From positions 8,121-72,120 of IMG/VR virus record IMGVR_UViG_3300027874_000011: DNA of 64,000 bases, one strand, 5' to 3'. The notes beneath the pieces were generated by a model. It did no database searches. It was not told the DNA's origin and saw nothing but the letters and a program-made list of their open reading frames with translations. Position numbers and translations under genes: made by a program. The DNA comes from a virus. Its lineage: Duplodnaviria; Caudoviricetes. Shown piece after piece: positions 37,651 through 46,187 of this stretch (position 1 is the stretch's first letter; every line of letters begins with the position of its first letter).

Positions 37651-37680
37651 TTTATAACAAACGATCACACGAGCAGAACA
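37651..37680 (-). promoter_or_regulatory. Probable promoter (TATAAA -10) of the 37.6-32.3 kb leftward operon
   Basis: TTCTGC-tcgtgtgatcgtttgt-TATAAA resembles the 54578 promoter. Confidence 0.5.
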
Positions 37681-37697
37681 GATTTGCGAGGCGTACC

Positions 37698-37925
37698 GTG
37701 ACCGACATGACCAGCCCCATACACCAGCCCGTTCGCATACGTCGCGTCAAAGGCCCGCAACCCGGCGACCATCTCTTTTGTGAGATCTGCGGGGTGAGAT
37801 GGCCGTGTCTGCTCGCCTCGGAAGCCGCACAGAAACGCGCACGGGAAAGTGCCCAAAATGTGCCACGCCGGGACGTACCAACGACCCAGGGGCGGGGCTA
37901 CTATGGCGGGACCGCCCCGGTCTAG
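37698..37925 (+). CDS. Small Zn-binding protein (CxxC..WPC)
   Basis: HLFCEICGVRWPC motif common in actinophage small proteins. Confidence 0.55.
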   Translation: MTDMTSPIHQPVRIRRVKGPQPGDHLFCEICGVRWPCLLASEAAQKRARESAQNVPRRDVPTTQGRGYYGGTAPV

Positions 37926-38114
37926 ACCTCAACCTCAGCCCCTTAAATTGCAAGCGCCCGAGGCGGCAACCAGGGGCGCTTGCGGAAAGTGAAGAACACC
38001 TCCCATGTGTGCGTGCAGAGATGCTTCGCGCGTAATGCTATATGCACGTTCCAGACCTGACAACTGGTTCTGTGTAAATTTCTCGCATACGTTCAGTTAT
38101 CTGCCGGCAACGAC

Positions 38115-40343
38115 ATGACGCTGACCGACTCGCGTACTGCCGCCGAGCAAATCCTGGCGGCGATGGAGTGCAGCCAGTCGCGATGTCGATGTCAGATCTC
38201 TACCCGTCGCGGCCACGGCAACACCCACTGCCCGGTCCATCAGGACAATAGCCCGAGCTTCGGCGTCGTCGTCCGCAACGGCTCGCTGCTGACGCACTGC
38301 TACTCGGGCTGCTCGCAGACCTCGGTCGTGGAGGCGCTCAAGGCGCGCGGGGTGTGGCCCGAGCGCGAGGCGACCTACGTCGCGGACAAAGAGATCCTGG
38401 CCGAGTACGACTACAAGGACGCGGACGGCCACGTGCTGTACCAGGCGGTGCGCTACTGGCCCAAAGAGTTCAAGCAACGCAGGCCCGCCGGTCAGCCCGG
38501 GCGCTGGACGTGGAACCTCGAAGGCGTGCAGCGCGTGCTGTACCGCCTGCCGGATCTGCTGCACGCCGAACCCAATCGGGTGCGCTGGATTCTCGAAGGC
38601 GAGAAGGACGTGGACCGCGCCTGGGCGTCCGGCCTGGTGGCGACATGCAACGTCGGAGGTGCTGGCAAATGGCGCGACGACTACGCCGATACATTCCGTG
38701 GCAAAAAAGTGGTCATCGTTGTGGACAACGACGACCCGGGTCGCAACCACGCCCGCGACATCGCGCGCTCCCTGACCGGAGTCGCCGCTGAGATCTTCTG
38801 GCTCGAACTGCCTGGGCTGGACGACCACGGTGACCTGAGCGACTGGTTTGACGACGGCGGCACGCTCGCCCAACTGCAGGACTTGCTCAAGCAAGCCAGC
38901 CATCCCGACGTGCAGCCGAAGCGCGGCCCCGAGATGCAAGTCACCTCCGACGAGATCCTGTACTCGTGGCCCGAGGAGCAGATCAGGTGCACCTTCTCGC
39001 GGCTGCGCGAGACGGACAGCAGCATGTTGCGCGGGTACATCGAGGTCGTCTCGCAGCGCCCCGACGCTGGCGACAATGGTCTGGTCACCTGGCAGCACAT
39101 CAACCTGACCAATCAAACGGACAAGGACCGCATCGCGAAGCGTCTGGTCAAGGCCGCGCCGCGCGACGAAGACCTGTGGGTCCACGACGTGGAGATCGCC
39201 TTCCGCGAGGTGGCGCGCGCGTTCATGACCGTTCCGCCGCCGCAAGACCTGGCGGACGTAGCTGAAAGCACCGCGCAGTCAGGCTACCTGTTCCGGCCCA
39301 TCGCGCCCCACGGCCAGGTGTGTGAGTTCCTGGCCGACCAGGGCACGACAAAGAGCTACCTGATCCTGTACTTGCTGATGTGCACCGCGCTCGGCCGCGA
39401 GTCGATCTTCGGTATGCCAACCGTGGTCGGACCGGCGATCTTCTTCGATTGGGAAACCGACATCGAGACGGTGCGCCGACGCCTGGGCTGGATCTCACGC
39501 GGCATGGGCCTACTCGAACCGCCGCGCGGCCTGCACTACGTCAACATGTCAGATCGCGGCAAGCTCATGGACCGCGCCCGCGACATGCGGCACCAGATCG
39601 CCACGACCGGCGCGGTTGCCATCGGCATCGACAGCCTGACGTTCGCTACCGGCGGCGACCTGGCCGGTTCAGACATCAGCGCACCCACGATGAGCGCTAT
39701 CGGTGGCCTCGGACCCGGGGTCACCAAACTGGTTAGCACCCACCCACCCAAAGCCTCGCGCAAAGGAGACGCTACCGATGTATCGGCTGTAGGCAGCGGC
39801 CTGTTTGAGTTCCGCGCTCGCGGTATCTGGCACTTGCAGCGGCCCCGAGAGTTCTCCCCCTCGTTCATTGTCAGCATGACGCAGCACAAGAACAGCGACG
39901 ACGAACGCTTCGGGCCGCTCTATTACCGTGTCAGCTTTGACCGCAACCGTCAGGCCGTGTCGTTCTCGAATGCAACTGCTGATGACGAACCTGAACTGTC
40001 CAACCGAGTCGAGAGCGCACGTTCAAAGATCCTGCGGTACCTGCAGCGCATCCCCGCGCACCAGGCCAACATCTCAAGCATCGCACGCGAGATCGAGGAG
40101 CGACCCGACACAGTACGTAGAACCTGCAACCGAATGGAAGACGTGCTCCAGCGACTCGGCAGCGATAGCGCCACTGCAGTTTGGGCTTTACGCCAGAACA
40201 CCAACGGTACCAACGGCCACGTCCGTGTTGATGTCCGGGACACTGAGATACTTGTCCCGGGACAGTCCCGGAGCACCGACGATCCGCAGATTGGTGGCGA
40301 AAATGGCGACCAGACTGACGATGGGCAGGACTTGCCCTGGTGA
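38115..40343 (+). CDS. DNA primase-helicase (Zn-binding + TOPRIM + RecA-type/AAA_25 helicase)
   Basis: HCPVHQDNSPSF...HCYSGC; WILEGEKDV...GGAGKW...VDNDDPG TOPRIM; ADQGTTKS variant Walker A; IGIDSL Walker B. Confidence 0.92.
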   Translation: MTLTDSRTAAEQILAAMECSQSRCRCQISTRRGHGNTHCPVHQDNSPSFGVVVRNGSLLTHCYSGCSQTSVVEALKARGVWPEREATYVADKEILAEYDYKDADGHVLYQAVRYWPKEFKQRRPAGQPGRWTWNLEGVQRVLYRLPDLLHAEPNRVRWILEGEKDVDRAWASGLVATCNVGGAGKWRDDYADTFRGKKVVIVVDNDDPGRNHARDIARSLTGVAAEIFWLELPGLDDHGDLSDWFDDGGTLAQLQDLLKQASHPDVQPKRGPEMQVTSDEILYSWPEEQIRCTFSRLRETDSSMLRGYIEVVSQRPDAGDNGLVTWQHINLTNQTDKDRIAKRLVKAAPRDEDLWVHDVEIAFREVARAFMTVPPPQDLADVAESTAQSGYLFRPIAPHGQVCEFLADQGTTKSYLILYLLMCTALGRESIFGMPTVVGPAIFFDWETDIETVRRRLGWISRGMGLLEPPRGLHYVNMSDRGKLMDRARDMRHQIATTGAVAIGIDSLTFATGGDLAGSDISAPTMSAIGGLGPGVTKLVSTHPPKASRKGDATDVSAVGSGLFEFRARGIWHLQRPREFSPSFIVSMTQHKNSDDERFGPLYYRVSFDRNRQAVSFSNATADDEPELSNRVESARSKILRYLQRIPAHQANISSIAREIEERPDTVRRTCNRMEDVLQRLGSDSATAVWALRQNTNGTNGHVRVDVRDTEILVPGQSRSTDDPQIGGENGDQTDDGQDLPW

Positions 40344-40445
40344 ACTCAAACAAACTCGACCGGGACATGTCCCGGGACAACCCTGAGATTCGGGTAGACA
40401 CCGGGACAACCAGGCCCCCCTTAAGGGGGTGGGGCCGTGTCCCGG
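40232..40445. repeat. Cluster of CCGGGACA/TGTCCCGG iteron-like repeats and palindromes; putative replication origin
   Basis: TGTCCCGGGACA at 40253-40264 and 40368-40379, CCGGGACATGTCCCGG at 40360-40375, further half-sites at about 40232, 40401 and 40438, at the 3' end of the primase-helicase gene. Confidence 0.65.
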
Positions 40446-40708
40446 CCAGGTGTCTCGGTTCGACTAGTGTCGAGGGTGGCGATGGCGAAAGCTAAACGCC
40501 GAACGCCGTCGAGCGGCCGAATGCTCAGGACGGTCGGCAAGGTGTGGGACTGTGCGAGGTGCATGGACCAGATGCTTGGCGATCTGCCGCCGGGCGAACG
40601 GTGTTGGGAGCACAACCCGACACCCGAGGAGCGCGAGGCGCATCCCGAGCGCTATTCGAGATCGAAATTCGCAGGATCAGCGACTTTGAAGGAGGACAAG
40701 GCTCCGTC

Positions 40709-41998
40709 ATGACGATTCTCGACAGTCTCGAAGCCGAGGTGGAGGTGCTCGACCTGGCGCAGGGCCTGGACACCACCGACCTCGAAGGCAAAGACGACGA
40801 CACGCTCATCAGTGAGGCCCGCTGGCACGTCGAGCAGGCGCGCTTCCATCACGGCCAGTCGCTGCTGCACGGCCAGGAGGCCGGTCGGCGGCTGCTGGTG
40901 CTGCACGCCAGGACCGCACGTCGAGGTCGCTCTGGCGAGTTCTCCAACGCGCTGGTCGAGGAAGTCGGCATCTCGCGCAGCCACGCCTACAACCTGATGG
41001 AGCTTGCGCGGCCAGAAAACGTCCAGCGCGTTGGACAATTAGCCGAAGACCCGGACGCCTCGATCCGCCAGGCACTGGAGATGCTGCACGCCGAGCGCCG
41101 TGAGGAGCGCCGCGAAGCTGCACGCGCCGAGCGACAGGCGCGCATGCAGTTCCCGGCACCGGTGGATCTGCCCGCCAACTTCAACATCGACGTGGCTGAG
41201 ATGCCAGCGCTGCCCATCCCGGACGGGTTGGCCGACTTGATCGTCACGTCGCCGCCGTACGGCCTGGGCATGGCGTACCACGAGTCTGATGACTCTGAGG
41301 GCTACGAGACGTATCTGACGCACGCGCTCGAATGGTCCGATGAGCTATTCCGGGTGGCCGGGCCGCAGGGTCGTCTGTGCCTGAACGTGCCACTGGACAT
41401 CTCACACGACGGCGGCTACTTCGCGCCGAAGCCGATCTACGCCGACTGGGTGGGCGCACTCAAGGAGGCCGGCTGGCGCTACCGCACGACGATTGTGTGG
41501 AACGAGGACAACATCACGCGGACGACGGCGCGTGGCAGCGTGGACAGCCCCAACTCGCCGCACGCCATCGCCCGGGTGGAGATGATCGCCGTGATGTACA
41601 AGGGCATGTGGAATCTGGAGCGCCAGGGCCAGTCGGCGGACATCACCCACGACGAGTGGCTCGACTGGACCAACGGCTTGTGGACGTTCCCGGGTGCCAG
41701 CCCGATCTCGCCGGATCACTGCCCGGCCCCGTTCCCCGAGGAGTTGCCGAGGCGCTGCATTCGGCTGTTCAGCTTCCCGAATGACGTGATCTTGGACCCG
41801 TTCGTGGGCAGTGGCACCACCGGCGTGGTGGCGTACGAGACGGGCAGGCAGTTCTACGGCTTCGACCGCTCCGCGCTGTACATTGAGCAGGCCCGTGAGC
41901 GAGTATCAAGCGCCATCGCTCGTCTGCGCACGAACGGGCACATGGCGCAACCACGACAGCCCGCCTCTGAGTTTCAGGGAGCAGCAGCAGGTTTTTGA
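40709..41998 (+). CDS. DNA methyltransferase (N4-C/N6-A, beta class) with N-terminal DUF3102-like domain
   Basis: LIVTSPPY (motif IV), APFPEELPRRCI, ILDPFVGSGTT (motif I); N-terminal EAGRRLL...GEFSNAL...GISRSHAYNLMELA. Confidence 0.92.
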   Translation: MTILDSLEAEVEVLDLAQGLDTTDLEGKDDDTLISEARWHVEQARFHHGQSLLHGQEAGRRLLVLHARTARRGRSGEFSNALVEEVGISRSHAYNLMELARPENVQRVGQLAEDPDASIRQALEMLHAERREERREAARAERQARMQFPAPVDLPANFNIDVAEMPALPIPDGLADLIVTSPPYGLGMAYHESDDSEGYETYLTHALEWSDELFRVAGPQGRLCLNVPLDISHDGGYFAPKPIYADWVGALKEAGWRYRTTIVWNEDNITRTTARGSVDSPNSPHAIARVEMIAVMYKGMWNLERQGQSADITHDEWLDWTNGLWTFPGASPISPDHCPAPFPEELPRRCIRLFSFPNDVILDPFVGSGTTGVVAYETGRQFYGFDRSALYIEQARERVSSAIARLRTNGHMAQPRQPASEFQGAAAGF

Positions 41999-42173
41999 GT
42001 GGCAGATCTATCTCCACGCGGTAAAGACTTGCGAGCAGTGCGGCTGTCTGCTGCCGGTGGAGGTCTTCGAGGGGTGGGGGTGCCAGCCCTGCAACGAGTG
42101 CGACGAGCAGAACCAGCGGGCGAAGCGGTCGGGCTGGCCTCCAAAGGAAGTCCTCGCGCTACGGCGTTGAAGC

Positions 42174-42187
42174 GATAACGGGTTATC
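42174..42187. promoter_or_regulatory. Palindromic operator-like site GATAACGGGTTATC
   Basis: 2 bp before the TTG start of the second methyltransferase. Confidence 0.75.
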
Positions 42188-42189
42188 AC

Positions 42190-43131
42190 TTGAGCATCAC
42201 CCTGCTGGAAGGCGACTGTCGGGTGACGCTGGCGAGTGTCGAGTCTGGTAGCGTGCAGTGCGCGATTACCTCGCCGCCCTACTACTCGCTGCGAGACTAC
42301 GGCCTGTCGGATCTGGAGTGGGCTGACGGCTGGCGTGGCGCGCTCGGTCTGGAGCCGTCGCCAGATCAGTACGTCAACCACGTGGTCGAGTGCCTCGGTC
42401 ACCTCGAACGGGTGCTGCGCGAGGACGGTGTGCTGTGGCTGAACCTGGGCGACAGCTACGCCGACAAAGACTTGCGGCTGCTGCCGTTTCGCGTGGTGAC
42501 GGCACTCCAGGCGCGTGGCTGGTACGTGCGCAGCGTGATCCCGTGGTTGAAGCGCAACGCGAAGCCCGAGAACGTCAGGGATCGGCCGACGACATCGAGC
42601 GAGCACGTGTTTCTGCTGGCGCGCTCGGAGCAGTACTACTGGAACCTCGATGCGGTGCGGGTGCCCAACAGCCGTGAGTACGCTCGCGCTGGTGGGCGGT
42701 GGGCGCTGGCGGGTGCGGACGAACTGACCGGCCTCAGACGCAACGGCACCTCGCAGAATGGTCTGGCGGCACATGCCAGCAACCCCGCTGGTCGCAATCG
42801 TCGCAACACGGACTGGTTCTTCGAGTCCTGGCAGGGGCTGATGCTGGACGAAGAAGGCGAGCCGCTGGCGCTGGTGGTCAACGGTGCGCAGTTCAGCGGG
42901 CCGCACTACGCGACGTTTCCGCCCAGGCTGATCGAGCCGATGGTGCTCGCCAGCACACGCGCCGGTGATCTGGTGCTCGATCCGTTCGCCGGCTCAGGGA
43001 CAGTCGGCCTGGTGGCCGACCGCCTCGGGCGTAACGCCCTGTTGTGTGAGCTAAAACCTGACTACGCAAACATCGCCGGTGAACGGATCACCGGCGATGC
43101 CCCGCTGTTCGTACAGCTAGAAGCGTTCTAG
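42190..43131 (+). CDS. DNA methyltransferase (N4-C/N6-A, beta class)
   Basis: LLEGDC, AITSPPYY, WLNLGDSY, HYATFPPRL, VLDPFAGSGT. Confidence 0.93.
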   Translation: MSITLLEGDCRVTLASVESGSVQCAITSPPYYSLRDYGLSDLEWADGWRGALGLEPSPDQYVNHVVECLGHLERVLREDGVLWLNLGDSYADKDLRLLPFRVVTALQARGWYVRSVIPWLKRNAKPENVRDRPTTSSEHVFLLARSEQYYWNLDAVRVPNSREYARAGGRWALAGADELTGLRRNGTSQNGLAAHASNPAGRNRRNTDWFFESWQGLMLDEEGEPLALVVNGAQFSGPHYATFPPRLIEPMVLASTRAGDLVLDPFAGSGTVGLVADRLGRNALLCELKPDYANIAGERITGDAPLFVQLEAF

Positions 43132-45179
43132 CTGCGGCGTCGGCTGGTGCCGAGGACACCCCCGATGTGCGAGCCGATCAGGTGGTCTTCGGCGTACAGA
43201 CCGAGTAGCGAGAAGGTGAGCCACTTGGCGTCGGTCAGATCGAGCGTGCTGGCCTCGGGACCGAGGCGTTCCCTGACTGCCAGGAAGTGGGCGATCCTTG
43301 CACAGATTTCCTGACCGTACACGTAGCGGACGGCAGTGGTGACGCGCGCCTGGGCCGAGGGATTGTCCGGGTAGCGCTGCTGCCAGTACGCGATCACGTC
43401 GGTGATGACGAAGTGGTCGGCGTTCAACTTGACGCGGTTCTGGACGTGCACGTACTCGGCCAGGATGCCCTCACCGAAGCCACCGTCGCGCGCGTTCATC
43501 CAGACCGGCTTGGGTGGCAGTGGCGGGGTTTCGGCGTCCTGGGCAACCGCTGGTCGGCCCCTGCTGGCACGCAGGCCGATGGCGAGCGTGCGCACCACGC
43601 GGCGCGGACCGTGATGTGTCGTGCGCGTTGTGGTCGTTGTGGTGCTCGTGGTGTCGGTCGTGGTGGTGCGGTCATGCTGACGCGGTAGCACCTGGCCGGG
43701 TTCGGTTGGCTCGCACGTGCCGTTGGCCGTTGCGGTGTTGTTGGTGACGCGCTGCTTGAGTCTGGACCAGATCATCGACCAGCGCTCACCGAACTTGTCC
43801 TGCAGCTTGTGCTGCAGATCCTTGTCCTCTGGCTCCACGCGGCGAGCGGCGTCGAGCGCCGCTCTGATCTCCTCCGGCAGTCGGCTCCAGAAGGCTTGTC
43901 CCCAATCCGCCCAGGGCAGGCTGGAGCCGGCCTTGTACGGTCCGCCCCGGGTGACCAGGCGGTTGCGCGACTGCTCGGGGAACACGCCGAAGGTACGCGG
44001 GTCGTCTTCGTCGTGGGCGACGGGCGGCTCAACAATCAGCCACAGTCGCTCGCGGACAGCCCCCTCCATGATGCCGAAGGAGTTCCAGATCGCTGGTTGC
44101 TTGCTCAGGTCGTAGAGTTCGTTGCGGAACAGGGCCGCGACGTAGCCGTTCTGCGAGCCGTAGTCGTGGATAAACGGCCGGTCGCCCTCCCACAGGAACC
44201 AGTGCGCGCGCGTGGTATCAGGCAGCACGACCGTGCCGTGTGGTCCGGCGTGGCCCTGGCGCTGGCCGGGTGAAAAGAGTTCCACCCCGTCGATGAAGTG
44301 GCGTGCACCGTTGATGGTGCGCGAGTTGGGCTTCGCGCCTTCGTCGTAGCCCGCTGCGCGACGGATCGCGATCTCCTCGATGGTTTCCGACCGGTCGGCG
44401 CGTGAGCGCGGCCAGTAGCGCTCCTCAGCGTGGCGCAGTTCCTCGACGGTCAGGGTGATGCCTGCGGGGATCTCCCACAGGCGCGTATTCAGGTACAGGG
44501 GCAGGGCTTTGGTGGCCGAGGTATCGCGGTCAGGATCGTTGGTGATGGTGTTCTGATCCAGGCTGTTACCGAGCAGCACCATCACCGTGCCGTGGGCGTC
44601 CGGGCCATGCGGGGCGCTGCCGTCAGCGGGTGGCTGACGCACCCACTCGGGCGCAACGGTGGACCAGTCGATGCCGCGCAGCAGATCCGGGCTGTCATCC
44701 TCGTCCTCGACGTACGGGTCGAGCACGCTCAGGTAGGTGTTGTCGTCCTCACTCCAGACTTGCTTGAGGCCGTACTCGCCGTCCTCGCCGCGCTTGATCC
44801 AGATCATCGAGGCGATGCCCTCGAAGTACGTGATGACGACGACACCCTCCTGATTCCAGGGCAGCGTCGAGGCTTTGAAGCCGACACCGTAGTTCTCGAT
44901 CAAGCCACCGATGGGTTTGCCGCCGCCGCCGAAGACGTTCAGGAATTCGGGAACTTGGTCCGGGTGGATGCCGCTGCCGTTGTCGGCAATGATGCGCCGA
45001 TAGATGCCGTGGAGTTCGACGCCTTGCCACTCCAGGCCGAACAGAATCTGAGTCGCGCCGGCCTCGGCGCTATTCAGGAAGCCCTCGCGCACCCACTGAA
45101 ACGGACCACCCGTTTCGTACGCGCGCTGGACGAAGTACTGCAGGAGTCCAACCTGCATCGGAGACAGAGGTGTTGTCAC
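43128..45179 (-). CDS. GHKL (Hsp90/MORC/MutL-like) ATPase
   Basis: VREGFLNSAEAGA (N box), ADNGSGI (G1 box), ENYGVGFK (G2 box). Confidence 0.88.
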   Translation of the reverse strand: MTTPLSPMQVGLLQYFVQRAYETGGPFQWVREGFLNSAEAGATQILFGLEWQGVELHGIYRRIIADNGSGIHPDQVPEFLNVFGGGGKPIGGLIENYGVGFKASTLPWNQEGVVVITYFEGIASMIWIKRGEDGEYGLKQVWSEDDNTYLSVLDPYVEDEDDSPDLLRGIDWSTVAPEWVRQPPADGSAPHGPDAHGTVMVLLGNSLDQNTITNDPDRDTSATKALPLYLNTRLWEIPAGITLTVEELRHAEERYWPRSRADRSETIEEIAIRRAAGYDEGAKPNSRTINGARHFIDGVELFSPGQRQGHAGPHGTVVLPDTTRAHWFLWEGDRPFIHDYGSQNGYVAALFRNELYDLSKQPAIWNSFGIMEGAVRERLWLIVEPPVAHDEDDPRTFGVFPEQSRNRLVTRGGPYKAGSSLPWADWGQAFWSRLPEEIRAALDAARRVEPEDKDLQHKLQDKFGERWSMIWSRLKQRVTNNTATANGTCEPTEPGQVLPRQHDRTTTTDTTSTTTTTTRTTHHGPRRVVRTLAIGLRASRGRPAVAQDAETPPLPPKPVWMNARDGGFGEGILAEYVHVQNRVKLNADHFVITDVIAYWQQRYPDNPSAQARVTTAVRYVYGQEICARIAHFLAVRERLGPEASTLDLTDAKWLTFSLLGLYAEDHLIGSHIGGVLGTSRRRS

Positions 45180-45260
45180 CTGTCCCTCCTTCGGATATGA
45201 AGATCACCAGGCCCAGGCTGTCAGCCTGGCCCATGTGTCGGGCACACTATAGGTGAAAAC

Positions 45261-45728
45261 ATGTTAGATCCACGTAATAGAAGTGTTTCCATGCCATTAC
45301 AAGCGAAACCACGCAAGCCCAGGCCCGCTGAGCGCGGCGTCAGGATCGAGCCGCGCCTGGTGGTGCAGTTCGAGGTCTTCGGAGAGCCGGTCGCCAAGGC
45401 TCGCCCGCGTGTGGTCGTCAGCGGTGGCCGGCGGGCGTTCACGCCGTCGCGCACGGTGCGCGGGGAGCAGCATGTGCAGCAATGCTGCTTCGTCTCGAAC
45501 CCGAGGCTCAGGCCGGTCGAAGGGTTAGTCTGCCTGAAGCTGCGCTTCTACCTGGGCGGGTTGGGTCGTGCGGATCTCGACAATCTGGTGAAGTTGGTGT
45601 CAGATGCGCTCAACGGGATCGCCTGGCACGACGACGCTCAGGTCACGAAGTTAGATGCCGAGATGTTCCTGTTCGAGCCGAACCCCAGGACCGAAGTTGA
45701 GGTCTGGTTGCTGGCAATCCCTGCCTGA
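45261..45728 (+). CDS. rusA: RusA-family Holliday junction resolvase
   Basis: GEPVAKARPR...RADLDNLVKLVSDALNGIAWHDDAQV. Confidence 0.93.
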   Translation: MLDPRNRSVSMPLQAKPRKPRPAERGVRIEPRLVVQFEVFGEPVAKARPRVVVSGGRRAFTPSRTVRGEQHVQQCCFVSNPRLRPVEGLVCLKLRFYLGGLGRADLDNLVKLVSDALNGIAWHDDAQVTKLDAEMFLFEPNPRTEVEVWLLAIPA

Positions 45729-45752
45729 AGATGAGCTAACGTAAGCGTTGCC

Positions 45753-46187
45753 ATGACACAAAGTGCAGGCCCCAACCACTGGTGGGTGCCGACTGCGGCG
45801 CTTGACGCGACCCGCATTGGCGGGCAGCAGTACACCGGCAACGAGGTCCGCGAGGTGATGCAGGCGTTGCAGCACACCTACTACGCGCGGCCCCTGAACA
45901 CGGCCAGCATTGCCATCCAGACCGGCGTCCCGGGCAGGACCATCCGTCAGATCGTCTCGGACTTGGATGGTCGGGTGATGCTCGTCGGCAAGCGCGCCTC
46001 AGGCATGTTCGTGTGCCACTACGCCGACGAAGCTGCCGAGTACACCACCGCGCTCGACAAGCACTGGCGCTCAGAACGCGAGCGCGTGAGGAGGCGGCGG
46101 GCTTTCTCCGAGAACCTGCCACGCCGCCAGGGGATGATGTTCGATGACCTCGGCTATTCAGACGAGGACGAGGACGAAGATCTCTAG
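45753..46187 (+). CDS. Winged-HTH hypothetical protein
   Basis: LNTASIAIQTGVPGRTIRQIVSDL; acidic tail. Confidence 0.65.
   Translation: MTQSAGPNHWWVPTAALDATRIGGQQYTGNEVREVMQALQHTYYARPLNTASIAIQTGVPGRTIRQIVSDLDGRVMLVGKRASGMFVCHYADEAAEYTTALDKHWRSERERVRRRRAFSENLPRRQGMMFDDLGYSDEDEDEDL

Noticed and set aside
21943-38105. Additional palindrome copies at GATAAC/GTTATC half-sites (about 21953, 28568, 38096; also about 17308)
   Set aside because: Only one arm matches, consistent with chance.
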